64,000 nucleotides of DNA, taken from positions 2,976,001 to 3,040,000 of the forward strand of contig CM022669.1 of the NCBI GenBank assembly GCA_012295275.1. The letters are read 5' to 3'. Origin of the DNA: Chrysomallon squamiferum. Lineage: Eukaryota > Animalia > Mollusca. The notes below the pieces were generated by a model. The model ran no database searches. It had not been told where the DNA came from and saw only the letters and a program-made list of their open reading frames with translations. Below are positions 27,801-42,691 of the stretch, in pieces (within the stretch, counting starts at the first letter, position 1; every line of letters begins with the position of its first letter). The position numbers and the translations under genes were made by a program.

Positions 27801-30800
27801 TGTCAGGAGTCAGTTGTTTTGCATACATTATTTAAACTAAAGATTTTAATTCTGGTTATGTATGAACACAGAAATTAAGACATTGTTTTCATTATAATGT
27901 TTATGATAGGATAATTCCAAAAATATAAATATTTTATTACAGAAATTTTCTTAAAGGGAGACAATTTAATTTTCAGTTGGTCTGTAATACTAGTAAGTAA
28001 ACATAGTAAACTATTAACAAACCAATCAGTAGGCAGTAATTACACCTACATAAACATGCGCACATTTATATATAGTACTGATAATGCACATATATATTAA
28101 CTGAAATTCACCAGTGATATTCTGATATATTTCGTAACTCTATTGGATGTATTAAAAGAAAAATACCAGTATGCTATGTAGAGAAGTCAAATTGGGCACA
28201 GCAGTAACAACTTGTAATTTTTGTAACAAGTTCTCAAAATACTCAAATGCTTCTGGCAAGGTTTTGATCATTGTGTAGCGGGGAAATGTTGGGGGTAACA
28301 GTCGCTGATTGATTAAAGGTTCAAATCCCATGATGGTTGGATAGTCTGAAAGATAATTATTAATGTGTTTAAAAATCACTGACAATTACAATAATGTAAT
28401 AGAACCATTTCTTGTTTTGATGAATAATAATAAAATAATAACAACAAATACATTTTTCAACATTTTATAATAATACTAATAATAATAATAATAAAGTTAT
28501 ATTTGATTTACTTTTTGTTATTGTTGTTATTGTTATTATTATTCAATGAAACAGAAAATAAGTTAACCTCTTCTCATTGCTCTGTTTTTAGTTTTTCACA
28601 TAAACAACTATGGTAAGTTATTTTCAAATAAACACTCACCATTCTTAGTGGCTTCTCTTGCTGCAGGCTTTATTCCAAGGTGAATGGACGATGACAAGAG
28701 AGGCAACAACTCAGAAAGCTGAGTCAGCAGTTTGTGAGCTTGTGGTACCCCTTCACACTGTAAATATTATTAATTCAAACACTTTACCATTAACTCATTC
28801 TTATCAGACATGTATGTGCACACACAAGTTCGGAACTTGATTATTTTTAGCATTTTGTAAGTGAAATTCAATATTTAGATATTTGTATATAGATTTATTC
28901 AACCAAATATGTGCCATTTTGATCAAAATTCAGAAATATATATATATATATATATATACATATACACACCTGTCATGTTTTATTAAATATGAAACAAAAT
29001 CACATGCTCATTAGCCACCTACAGAAAAGTGCTATGAATGTTTGTTCCTGTCAAATATATATATATATATATATATGTCCACACAAACATACACAAACAC
29101 TGATATATGCATCAGTGTAACATACATATAAATTTATTTTCGCTTTTGATCATTCAAAATATATCAAACTGTTAATAAGTGTAATAAAATGGAGAGAAAG
29201 AAAATATCCTTGTTTAGAAAAAAATGAAAAAGAATTTTAAGACACACCTTTTCCTTGTTGAATGCCTGCAGCATTGAGTGAAACAGTCGATAAAATCGAA
29301 TGCGGGAATGTAAAGCCAGTGCAACTTTGTGCTGCAAATATATACAGTTAATTAAATATTTACACTGGTTATTTTACAGTAGAAAGAGCAAATATTTTTA
29401 TTTATGCACATTTAAAAAAAAATGAATATTATGAATATGAATATCACAGAAATGGAGGCAGTCTGCTTTTATCATACGAATGGGTCTGTTTTTTCAGTCT
29501 GAAGCAATAATTCTTTTATATACTTCTTCCTATAAAAGAGAAAACAAGCTCATGCAAAGCCTTTGATAAATTATTTCATTAAGGGTGTGGTTAGAATACA
29601 CTGAAGCATGTAATGGGTGACATTCCAGCCACACTAACAGCCATACAACTGCCTTAACAAGACGGTATGTAAGCTTTGCTGTTTCTGAGGTGTTTATAAA
29701 AACAATCTTGCTTCAAAATGAAAGAGTATCATATGTCTCCAATGTTTCTTTGGCATTAGTGGAACAGTTATTAACTAAACAATAATGTTTAATCACCATT
29801 TGTTTTTTATTATTCTTAATAAACCAGTAAGTAGGCCAGTGACTATATTGACAAGTCCGTATCCAATACTCCATTTCTTTCCACTGAGAAACAACCTTCC
29901 AGTTGATAGTTCAGCTAAAACAGCAGTAACAAATACTAACATCATAATAAATATATGGAATTAGACATGTTTTACTGTAAACAGTTTCCTACCTCTTTTT
30001 CTGTGGCATCATCACGGTCTTCTCCTGGTTTGCTTCTTGTTGTCTGAGAAATATAAATAATATCATTTATATCATTATGTCTAATAGCTGAACTAAAGAA
30101 ATATAAAACCTAACTCCAATATAAATTAATGTACAAGTTTATTTCTTTTTAATGCTTCAGTTTTCAAGACCAGTTACTGGTTATGATTCCTATATTTTGT
30201 AAAAAAATAAATAAATAAATAAAAAATAAGAATATAATATATAAATATTTTTAATTGTGTCACTTAGTGACATTACGTAGTTCTTCAGTAGACATTAATT
30301 TTCATGTTGAACATGATAAAATCAACTGTAAAGACATCTGAAGTGTAATTTAGTTAACTTTAGTGTGTAACAAAATTAATTCCTTTATGTATCAAACATT
30401 GAAAACTGACAATCTGAACAAAAAATGTATGTAAAACTAACAATTTCACTTTCTCTCTACATACAAGTTATGTAAATTTCAAATATTTCAGGGACTTTGT
30501 AATAACACTGTGTGATGCTGACAACAAAAACAACATCAGCACCATCAGTAGTCAGATACAGATAAATGATCTAACAGTAATTACTAACTTTGATTAGTCT
30601 ATTTATATCATCTTCAATCTCCTTCATCATTCCACAGCATCTTGTATCTGAGACATCAGGAGCCATTTTGAAACCATATGACAATGGTTGAAAATCTTCC
30701 TAATGTTGATAATAATAGTAATGGTATTAATAATAATAATGACTGAAAAAAATAACAGTATCAAAAATAGTAATAACAACAATAACAACAACACAGAAAT

Positions 30801-32625
30801 CAAAACTGAACGTTATAAATAGCAATCAGTAGATTTCACAATGCTTTTATTCGTAAATAATTATTAATTAAACAAAAATTTCAAAAAAAGAATAACAAAA
30901 AAGCTAATAAAAATCTGACTATTCCATTCACAATATCAGTTCTTATGAAAATATGTGTGTTTTGATTAAAAGACAAATCATAGTTAATTAAATACTGTCC
31001 CCACATGCAAATGTCTACAAACACATGCACAGGTAGAAAATAAGGCTAACCTCTTCAAAAACACCTGCCCTATTGATTTTGTCTCTAATGAGATCAACAA
31101 TTCGGAGACTGCAGACAGAAAAAGCTTTGAGATAACGATCCTCTATCAGATGTGGTTCGTGTAGATACAAGTTTGTAAATACAGTCTGAGCAAGCGAGTG
31201 TCCCTCTAGCCAAGTTACCTATGTTAAAAATAATTAACTATGCCAAGAAACATGATAATGGAAGAAGCTGAAAAAACTTGTATTGTTGATAGGCTATAAA
31301 ATACAATAACTTGACAGTTGAAATAATGATGATCTGACAATTTAGAAACATAATCATTTGACAATAAAAAACACTATAATCTGACAGTCTAGGAAATGGA
31401 AGCATCTGCTGTGTACAATTACCTTACTTGTACATGTATGTTAATTGATAAAACTGAGTACCTATAGTACTTAAGAGTCAAAATAATCTGAGCTCTCATC
31501 AGAATCGCTGATGTATTATATGAAATTGTTTTCAGTTTCACACAATGCCTGGCGTTATCTACTATCGTCATTCAGGTTCAGCTGCTACACATCAAGGTAA
31601 TGAAGATGTTCATAAGAAAGTGAAAGAGACTTACCAGACATGCTAATGTAGCATCAGTAATTCCTATCAGCTCAGGCATTGTCAGATCTTTAATCTTGAT
31701 TGTGCCAGCCTTAAAATTAAAAACATTTACAAGTAAATAGAAAAATAAACTGAGATAAAACAAAAACATAATACATTTTCACTTTGAAAATGACATCCCC
31801 ATTTTACAGCAAGTTGTGTAAATTAACACAAATATTGATTACAACCCATTTAGTCTACTGTATTATTACATTTCCTGCATCACATTTATAATTACATGCA
31901 TTTTTATACAGTTCATTTGCACTCATGGTTTGTATCCCACTTCATGTGGTTTCTGAAAGGCCTGAGCATAAACAAACTTCTACTGAAAACATGTATGTGT
32001 AACGTACCTCTATTCCCTGTTCCATAGTGAGAACCTTTCTCTTGATCTGGTTACACACCATGCCTGCATCCATTTTGGGATCCATCATCTCAATGGCTGA
32101 CATGGCTTCAAATAGCCCAAATCTTAAATACAGAAATTATTAAAGTGTACATTATATTATTTTTGTAACAAATTTTAGTTTTTAATTTATTATTATTATT
32201 AATTTTTTTTTTAAATTACATTAAATATATCAAAATGGTAAAAAAGGAATAATATGTGAATCTTGATAGTCTCAAATGATAATATTATTATTTTTTACCA
32301 ATTTTAACAAACCAAATATTAAACAATTGAGAATACAACGAATTTGAGTTATTTTGAATTTTTCTTTTATAATGTGACATTACTTCATCTACTGATTTTA
32401 TGCAAAAATATTATCAATGACCAGAATATATATGAAAAGTAAAATATATAAAAATATGGAAAACATTTCAAGAAATGAAAAACTGAAATTAAAAGTGAAA
32501 GATGCTTACGAAGAATCATGAAGCAGAACACCCAAACCCAACTGCGACGATGCTTCAATGAATTCTTTTGTGACATCAACCCAGTTGTATAAAGGCTCTG
32601 CATTTTTATCTAAAGTATTTTCCAT
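22320..32625 (-). CDS. NAA35: N-alpha-acetyltransferase 35, NatC auxiliary subunit (MAK10 homolog)
   Basis: 19 phase-consistent GT-AG exons: 32625-32510, 32122-32008, 31709-31635, 31218-31051, 30699-30589, 30043-29993, 29331-29248, 28757-28640, 28345-28167, 27693-27634, 27199-27093, 26757-26592, 26205-26027, 25240-25155, 24831-24710, 24471-24331, 23605-23483, 22893-22813, 22379-22320. Diagnostic peptides: [95 protein letters not shown]. Confidence 0.97.
25709..25985. repeat. 21-bp minisatellite, ~13 copies, in a NAA35 intron
   Basis: TCAGACCTTCACRTTAACCAG repeated in tandem. It produces the spurious (TLTSQTF)n ORF at 25677. Confidence 0.96.
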
Positions 32626-33860
32626 TCTGCAGATAAGAAAGTTAAAAGTTAGTGTATTAATGTAGTCCCTTAATATGCACAAAAGAAAAAAAAAAAGAGA
32701 GAGAGAGAGAGGATATGATTGGTGGACTGAGGATCTGACTATTTCACAATGAGTTTCAAATAAAACAAATTAGATTAAATTTTTAAAAAATAAAAATGTA
32801 TTTCTTTGCTGTGGAAACTGACTTAAAAGAAAAGCATTGTCTGACTGACTGTGCTGTATTCAATTTTTTTTTCTATAAATATTTATATAGAAGTAATATA
32901 CAATCATCACAAAAATAATGAGTTTTAAAACATACTTCTTTCATGTACAAACAAAAACCGAGTACACATCTGGGGTTTAAACATTAAATAAATAAATAAA
33001 TAAATAAAAACTTAATCATTTAATGAAGTTAAAAATGAAAATCAACAATATGTTACCAGATAAAATGATTTTTGTATTTTAATGTGAATATGTGGGAAGG
33101 ATATCATGTAAAGCTTGATTAACTGGTGACTCATAATATGTATGTAGAAAAACAATACATTTTCAGAAACTGATGACAAAATGAACAAAGAATAAACCAC
33201 TATGATAAAAGGAAACACGTAAAAATGAAAAAGTATCACGCTGTCGTTGTGAAAGAAAAAAACGAAAAAGCTTTGGAGGAAATTTTCTGAATAAAATGAC
33301 ACATTTAAACTGCAGTTAGTAAAGAATAAAGCACAATAAAAGACACAATTATTGACAAATTTATAAACTGAAATTATGTTCTATAATCACAGGTACTTTA
33401 ATAATAATAATATAAAAAATAATAAATCTTACTTTGGATTAAATCATTAACTACTATTCTGCTAACTATATTATCTCACATTATCGTTTTTAGATTTATA
33501 ATTTTAACTTTTCAAATTTCAGACATTAGACTTAGTTGGTTTTGTTTTCACTATTTTGTTTTACCACACTGTTAACGGAAAGACGGATATTATTTTTAAT
33601 TCCTGTGACTGAAATGCCAGAGCAGTAGAACACAAAATTATTAATGTTTTGAACTGAACGTCATACAGTCTACAACAGTTGAGTAAGTGAATCATTGAAT
33701 GACAACTTGAATGTTAAACGTGGAAACGCATGGAGTTCGACAGAAAACGTAGTGTGTGTTCATTTACAAAGACAGCAAAGGAAGTAAATTTTAGTAAGAC
33801 TGACATCTGATTAAAATGAATGAAGCATTATAGGTCTGCTGGTCAAGAGAATAGGCGAAC

Positions 33861-33980
33861 CTGTACAGTTGCAATTTATTTGTCACACAAGTTTCTCACT
33901 GCAAGTCGCCATTGAACTGACTCGCACTAAATATTTATCTGGTATCTGATTGGTCTAAATTAGAGCGAATTGGCTGTATT
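33861..33980 (-). promoter_or_regulatory. Probable NAA35 promoter and first exon
   Basis: On the minus strand: two CCAAT boxes (33973-33969, 33953-33949), an initiator-like TCAGTT (33920-33915), ATGGCG at 33912, then donor-like CA|GTGAGA and CAG|GTTCGC. Locally CpG-rich and 1.3 kb upstream of the first conserved coding exon. Confidence 0.55.
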
Positions 33981-34289
33981 CGACCGTATTACCCACAAAT
34001 ATTTCTTCTTACTGCTACTACTACTGCTACAACCATCACCGCTACTACTGCTCAGTTTGTTTAGAGAATTATTAATTTATTTAAACCATTTATAATCATG
34101 AAATTCAAAACTTGCAAATATAATTATCATAAAAGGGAGAAAATATATTTATAGCGATTAATTAAGATAGTTTTGTTTCAATGCTTAACTGATTATAATT
34201 TAATTATATATTTATTTATTGGACATACCATTGTACTCTCCAGTTCTGAATCACGGATCCACAGTTATTCTACATAATCTTTGCACAGG

Positions 34290-34750
34290 TTCGTACTAAG
34301 AGAACTATTATAAATTTAATGAATCAACCTTATAATCTGAATAAATTCATTGCAAATGAAGTCATTGGCCTTTAATTTACAATGGAGGGTAGGCAGATAA
34401 CAAATGCATCAATTATCAGCTAAAAATATTGATCTGGACTGTTACGTTCGTTTTGAGAATTCATTTATTCATTCATTTTTTCATTTGACCATTCATCCAT
34501 TTATTAATGTATTTATCTTCTGTTTGTTTGTTTGTTTGTTTACACTGTTCAACAGTATCATTCGAAAGAAAACAAATGGGATATTCTTCTACAACATTCT
34601 TTTCCGCAATAATGTCATTTATTACTATTAGTAACACTATACACTATATTATTACAACCATACACTATTACTATTCTCACTAAAACTATTACTTCTTCTA
34701 TTATTTGTGTTGGTGCTGCTCTACCTTTGCTTCTGCAACAACAACAACAA

Positions 34751-34791
<41 letters not shown>

Positions 34792-35337
34792 TTATTATTA
34801 TTATTAATGTTGTTGTTTTGCTGTGTTATCCAGCTTCCATCAGATTTTCATCAGAATATATTGCGATTCCCAGTTATATCGAAAATCAGAAATATTTTAA
34901 TTAATATTCTGGATACGGATTATACAAATTAGAAACAGGTGACATGCATTCTTCCAGTTTAAAATTAATCGTATTTTGGATGAAAGATCTTTTTGCATGT
35001 CTGTAATAGAAAAAAAAATTAATAATAATAAAAAAAAAAAAAAAAAAATGACACAAATACAGACGCAACTTTCTTCTAGCTATTTAAAATGAAAAAAAAG
35101 AAAAAAAAGAAAAAAATCCCAACATAATAAAGGCTATTCTAAATTATCTGCAGTTTGAATTGAAGCGTGGTTAAAAGCTGATGTCAGTTAGATACATAAC
35201 TAAAAAAAGAAAATGACAGCGGTAAAGTGCATCACCGACGTCGTATGTTATTAGCAAGGGATGGGTCGCAAGTTTTAACAGTAACAGTTATTTAAAAGTA
35301 TTCTTTATTCTGGCACAGCGTGTTTTATGTATATATA

Positions 35338-35375
<38 letters not shown>

Positions 35376-35452
35376 ACAACACGCTTATATTTATACATAT
35401 TCAAAGAGCTCACGCTTCACATCGCACTTGTGTCGCAAGCCATTTCATAACT

Positions 35453-35483
<31 letters not shown>

Positions 35484-36335
35484 ATATTTATTATTATTAA
35501 ATTATTATTTTTTAAATTTATCCTTAAATAATCGTAAAGTCCATATTTTGTATTACTGTACTGAAATTAATAAAATGTCACTATTATAAGATTATCTTTT
35601 TATAGTATCTACGATTTAAAGACCTTTTGCGTAACGAGAAACTCGGTTCTTCCTTCAGTCGTTAAACTGAGGATCTGCTGTACACATAAATAAAGTCAGT
35701 ACATTCTTACATATACAAGAAAAGTACTGAATATATAATTAATCATATGGCAGGCGTACATAACTACATAAAGATAATTCTAAATACGTAATCTGAGTGA
35801 CCTGACTGCATATGAAGTCATTGCTTTAAACAAATATGCAAAATAACCAAGATTATATTTCAATTTTTAATTTAGTTTTTTTTAACTATTATTAGTTATT
35901 GCGCGCACGCACACAGACACACACACACACACACATATAACTATTTTTATAAGTTATTTCAAGGGGGCCATAGCCCTGTAAATTACAATGGGGGTGGGCA
36001 GACATCAAGAGCAGCAGTTATCAATCAAAAACATTGATCTGGATTGTTACGTTTCGTTTTGAATATTCATTCATTCATTTATTCGTTCGATATTTCATTC
36101 ATTTATTTTTTGTTTGTTTATTTTTTTATTCGTTTATTGTCTGTTTGTTTGTTTACAGTGTTCAATGGACTCATTCGGAAAAAAGCAAATGTTATATTCT
36201 TCTACAACATTCTTTTCCACAGTAATTTCATTTATTACTATTACTACCATACACTGCTACTATTATCACTAGAACTATTACTACTATTGTTGCTGTTGCT
36301 GCTGCTTCTACAACTGCTACTATTACTATTACTGC

Positions 36336-36375
<40 letters not shown>

Positions 36376-36546
36376 GTTACTATTATTTTATTATTATTAT
36401 TATTAATTATTATTTGTTATTGTTAATGTTGTTCTGTTATGGGTGTTTTTTTACGCTTTTTTAACTACCAACATAATAAAGGCTATTCAGTTTAAAAAAG
36501 TGATATTTGCAGTTTGAATTGACGCAAAAACATGACACAAAGTGTC

Positions 36547-36580
<34 letters not shown>

Positions 36581-37555
36581 AAAAGATACATAACATAATA
36601 AAAAAAATTAAAGTTTGAATTGAAAGTGGTTAAACTGCATCACTGATGTCGTTAGATGTGTAACTAAAAAAAAAAAAATGACAGCAAGGGATGGGACGCT
36701 AGTTTTAACAGTAACAGTTATTTGAAAGTATTCAAAATACATATTTAGATTCTTTATTCACTCACAGCGTGTTATATGTTTATTTATACACACAAAGAGC
36801 TCACGCTTCATATCGCACTTGTGTCGCAAGCCATTTCATAACTTCTTCTTTTTTTTTTTTTTATAAGTGTTATTATTATTATTAAAAGAATTTAAATAAA
36901 AACATAACAATAATAATAATAATCAGAATTTAGTATCCTGCGATTTAACGGACCTCCATTCAACCCACTTCAGATTTAGGGGACAAAAAGTTGGTGAAAT
37001 ATTCCAGTCCAAAGATGAGACATGGGTTTTTTTCAGTATGCTAATACAACAGACTGATACTTCTCTTGTGTCTGTTTGATCGTAAATTCCATATTTCGTG
37101 TTATTGCATTGAAATTAATAAAGTTACACTGCTATAAAATTGTATTACTATCTTCTTTTTTTATATATAATATCTACGATTTAAAGACCTTCTGCGTCAA
37201 CAAACAACCCAGTTTTTCTTTTAGTCGTTAAATTTAACATCTGCAGTTAAATAAAATCAGTCCATTGTGTCATACGAACAAGTACTGAATATATAATGAA
37301 TGTATATGGCAAGTATAGATGGGCGGACCTATATAACTATCAGAATAAGCTGACTGCAAAAAAGTCAGTTTTAATCTAATGTGCAAGATGAAAAAGTATA
37401 TATATATATTTATTATTATTATTAATTAAAAAAAAAATAAAAAATGTTTTTAGTTTTTCTTAAAAGTTATTTCAAAGTGGCCATTAATTTACAAAGGAGG
37501 ATGGGAAGACATCAAGCTCATCAATTATCAGCTAAAAACATTGATCTGGTGTATG
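34290..37555. repeat. Degenerate tandem repeat, ~1.55 kb period, two full copies plus a partial third
   Basis: AATTACAATGGRGG..GGCAGA....TTATCA..AAAAAYATTGATCTGG-like motif at ~34375, ~35980 and ~37486. ATCGTAAA..CCATATTT...ATCTACGATTTAAAGACCTT...AAGTACTGAATATATAAT at ~35530 and ~37080. Confidence 0.85.
36690..37038 (-). repeat. Near-identical inverted copy of part of the 2.54 kb unit
   Basis: Reverse complement of unit positions ~2272-2620 (4819-5167 in copy 2), e.g. GATTTAACGGACCTCCATTCAACCCACTTCAGATTTAGGGGACAAAAAGTTGGTGAAATATTCCAGTCC. A second inverted copy lies at ~35120-35455. Confidence 0.93.
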
Positions 37556-37684
37556 ACGAATTAATGGCTTCTCTCGGCGGAACTGTGCAACATCAAGTAA
37601 ACGATAGCAGAACATTCAGTGGAGCCAGTAAGAACTGCACGACTTTCACGAGCGAATATTTCTATAAGGTACACCTTTGATTTG

Positions 37685-37717
<33 letters not shown>

Positions 37718-38165
37718 TAATAACAACAACCTTCCAGTAAATGTAGTGCTTAAATTAGAAGATATTTTAATTTTAAAACATACTGGTCAGATGTGAAATG
37801 TTTAATGAAACAATTATTTATTTATTTATTTATTTATTTATATTTTTTACTATTTTATTTAGTTATTATTATTTTTTTTTAATGTATTTGTTTAGTTAAT
37901 TTTATTTTTTTATTTTTTACTATTTTATTTAGTTATTTAATTTTTTAAAATGTATTTGTTTATTTATTCATTCATTTATTTATTCTATTAATTTTTATGT
38001 TAAATAAAGCTATTTAGAAACTTTAGTTGCAGCGATGATAATCAACTATTGAAGATGCACCTTTTGTGGAAATAAAGATAGAAATACTTTTACAAACTCT
38101 TTAGGATTGTTTGCATATATATTATATAAAATAGCTATGTATACCATAAGATAATAATAATAATG

Positions 38166-38196
<31 letters not shown>

Positions 38197-38224
38197 CAAC
38201 AACAAGTGAGAGAGAGAGAGAGAG

Positions 38225-38329
<105 letters not shown>

Positions 38330-40734
38330 GTGACAATCTTATTAATTTACAAAGAAAACTGAACAATGTTTTCTTTCTTTCTTCTCGTATATGGTTTCAT
38401 GCTATTATAAAGAAATGCAGAAAGATAGATATATAGATATATAATTAGATTGAATTAACAGATCAGAGAGATAGTGCTTCACAACACCTAGCTCTGACAA
38501 GGTTTTTTCACTCACCTATTCAGAGTGATAAAAAGATATGGAGGGTATGGATAGATGAACAGACTGACAGAATGATATCTAATTAGCCGGCCGGTCGACA
38601 GCCAGACAGATAAGCTGTTACATCACTTTAGAGCAGTGAAGTTTGAAGTTGTCTAATGTGCATTTGTTATTCATTGTGCTTAACCAGTCGTGCTATGCAG
38701 TAGTAAGTTACCTATTCATAAATCATCGCACCTGTGGCGTGCAGCTAGACACAGCAAAACTTTTTTTGTCATCATATACATAATATCATATTCTGTTTAT
38801 TGTTGTGTATTAGATTTTTTTTTTGAGAAATGTAAAATTATTTGTAACACAAAGAAACCGGATTCTTGACAGATAATGGTTTGATAAAGAATAAAAGCGA
38901 CTAGACAAGCGTTCAAAACAGATATAGACACGACCTGGAATGGCTTAACATCTAAAGCGAAGTTTCACGAAAAAGAAAATGTTCTGCAGTATTAACCGTG
39001 AATTTTAATTTAGTTTAATTTAATCTAATTTAATTAATTTATTTATTAATTAATTTTATTATTCTTCTTTATAATATTTATACCAATGATAAAATATGAA
39101 TAACTTCTACTCAATTTAATAATTATTATTATCGTTGTTATTGTTATTGTGTTTATATTTTATTAATATCTGATAGATTTATCGATATTAAAATATCCAG
39201 CTGGTTTATTGATATAAAAAAGTTGTGATAAAAAACCCGGACTTATCAATTCTAAAACATCATGGATAGATTGATAGATAAAGATTCATAGATATATAGA
39301 TAGACAGACAGACACACAGACACACAGATAGATAGATAGAAAAGTAGGTAGTTAGGTAGGTAGATAGATAGATAGATAGATTAATTACCAGAGATATAAA
39401 GAAAAGAAAAAGAAAAGTATAGAGACATTTACCATAAAGATTAGAGAGACAAAAAGTAGACTGACAAATTTACTGTTTCGTTGATTGATGGATGATCAGA
39501 GTAAGAGAGCACACTCGAAAGAGAAAGAGTTAATAACGACTATCAGATATGTTGAAGTGTCTAAAATAAAAGTTAACACAGCATATCAATCAATCAAAAT
39601 AAATAAATAAATAAATACATAAAATAAAATAAAATAAAATAAATAAAATAAATAAAATAAATAAATAAGTAATGAAAGGAAGAAAGTTTTAATATTCAGA
39701 GCAAAACCGGTTTTTCGGAAACAGAGGAATACATGAAGTATAAAACAAAAAGAAACATGAGACAAATACGGAGACGAATAATTTTGAATATTTTTGTCGA
39801 ATTCTGAAAACAACAGCAACCACAACAGCAGCAACTGTTTCTGTCGCTTCTGTTTTAGGTATACATGACTCCAGGATGAACCAGTCTAATTTGATTTTTT
39901 TTCTAGCGGTGACGGAAAATTCTGTTACTTCGGCAGTGTCATCCCGATGAAACAATAACAAGTTTTTAATTATGATTTTTCAATTACCCAGCACGTAAAC
40001 GTGATATTGAACAGGCATTCCGAAACCCTACATTTATTCGTCCACTTCCCGGCATTATTTCCCCGCCACTGTGACGTAGCAGTTTCATGCGATATCTTAA
40101 CTATCAGCTTCACAAAGGGTTACTCCCGGTACAATGTAGATCCGTGTCTTTTATACCGTTTTGACACCTCAAACAAACGTCAGAATCTCCCCACCCCCTG
40201 TATGACGCTGTGAAGAAAAGGAAAAACAGCGGAACAAAGATTAAACTCAAAATTATCAGTGCGCAAACTCCGAAATGTTTGGTGTTGGTTTTTCACCTGA
40301 TAGCGAGCAGGTTCAGTGTATGTGTTATTTAATGTTCCAAAAGTCTTCAAATTCCACTCGACCGCGCGGCGCTGGTCACAAAAATATCTGTTTAGTTTTT
40401 ACATTATTTACTAAAGATTATAGCTCACCAAAAACAATAAACTAATAACTTGGAAATAAAAATAATTTTTTAAACATCATTTGTTCGTGGCAACACGAGT
40501 AAGCTTTCAGACAAAAGCACAATGCTATATCTTACCTCAACTGCGGTCATGAATCAAAATACGTTTAAAGACTGGAATTTCAGTTTTGGATACAGATATT
40601 TCGAATTTTTTAAATTTAGATATGCATTATGTATCATTATTAAGTTGGTCAAACATTTTAATCTGCGTCAAAATCATTATATAGCATGCTATTTTCTCTT
40701 CTTTCTTTTTAAAATTATATATATGTGTCTGTAC

Positions 40735-40784
<50 letters not shown>

Positions 40785-42097
40785 ATACACAGATAGATGC
40801 GTGTGTGTGAGTGTGAGAGAGAGTGTATGTGTACATACATACATCATTTTAAGATTTTTGTATTTCTTAAAAGATATAGTCTAGCGAAAACTTAAGCTAA
40901 GTCCACAAATCGTTATTACTCACCGGTTAATTACATACCTTTTTGTTGAGTTAATAATTATAAGAAACTAAGTTCAGAGTAACTAAAATAGAGAGAGAGT
41001 GAGTCACCAGACTAACTCTGACACCTGCACGTCAGGGGGGCTAACACTCGTACTCGAAAACCTGCTTCTGGCTGACATTTTTCTTAAGCACATTACATAT
41101 CTATCTATCTATATATATCTATCTATATAAATATATATTTATTGAAATCTTAACAAATTCACATTTAAGTCTTTAATCAAGAAAGACCAAATTTTGACTA
41201 ATGTCATTTTAGAAGTATATAATTTATTTTTAACTCATCATTGTCATCATCCTCCTCCTCATCATCGTCGCCTGTGTCATCATCATCATTAATATAATCA
41301 TTACCATCATAATAATAATGAACGCCGTCATCATCATCGCTGCAGTAATCGTTATTATCATTATCATTATTATTAATACTTTAATCATCTAATCATTTTC
41401 ATTATCATTTTCATAATCATCTCTTTATCATTATTATAATCCTGATCATCATCGTCAATATCATCATCACTGCCATTATTATTACTAGTAGTAGTATTAT
41501 CATCAATGTTATTTTTCTTATCTTGATTATCTTCATCATTATAATAATAACTGTCATAACCACTGATACCAAAATCATCATCAAAATTATCATAAAACGA
41601 TCATAATTATCTATTTACATTTACATTCACGGGCAGTATTTACAGACGTTAAAACAGTGTGTTGATTATTCATGAGTAAACAGTACGTACAAGGTGAGAA
41701 TATCAATTTACGGTTATTGAAAATGGAGATATCCTGTTCAATGTTCGGATCATGCGGAGTGAGGTAATTTACCTGTGGTCACCCACCAATCGGCAGAAAG
41801 TTAACTCGAGTCACAGCGATAGCATTCCGGGTATACGCCGACTTCGTTCAATCAGCTGAGTAGACGTTACAGTGACGAAATGGTCTTGTAAGTAGACATG
41901 TTATAATTTTTCTTTTCTTCTATTTCTATTTTATTTTCTTTTCTTTTTATTCTTTCTATTTTATTCTTTTCTATTTTATTTATTTATTTATTTTATTTTA
42001 TTCTATTTTATTTATTTATTTATTTTATTTTATTCTATTTTATTTATTAATTTATTTATTTAATTTATTTATTTATTTATTGTTGTCGTTTTTATTA

Positions 42098-42136
<39 letters not shown>

Positions 42137-42154
42137 TTATTATTATTATTATTA

Positions 42155-42185
<31 letters not shown>

Positions 42186-42637
42186 AGTTGTTGTTGTTGT
42201 TATTATTATTGCTGTTATTATTTTTACTGTTGTTGTTGCTGTTGCTTACTGTTGTTATCATCATGCTATAATCAGATTTTAATCGGTTAATTCAAGTTAA
42301 AACTGAACTGATCGCTCGTCCATCCACCCGTTACTTTCAGCATAGGTTGGATTCAAATGAATTTGTATTTAACTCATCCACCGTAACATTCATCTCTCCC
42401 TTCATATATAATAATAATAATTATGATAATAATAATAATAACAACAGTTATTATTATTATTATTATTCGAGAGATTAAACGTTTTATTACCTTTAATAAG
42501 TATGAATGACGAACACATTTTTGAAAATTATTTTAAACTTATCATGAAAAGCAAGAGATTCTAAAAAGCGTGTTCAAACCTGAGATACTTTTTAGCAATA
42601 TTCCTCCACAAACACAAACACTTACACTTACACACAA

Positions 42638-42691
<54 letters not shown>

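Noticed and set aside
31490-31580. C/D-box snoRNA-like motif pair in a NAA35 intron (ATGACGA...CTGA...CTGA, minus strand)
   Set aside because: The C box is imperfect, the terminal stem is poor, and I could not match the guide segments to rRNA or snRNA. An Infernal/snoscan hit would be needed.
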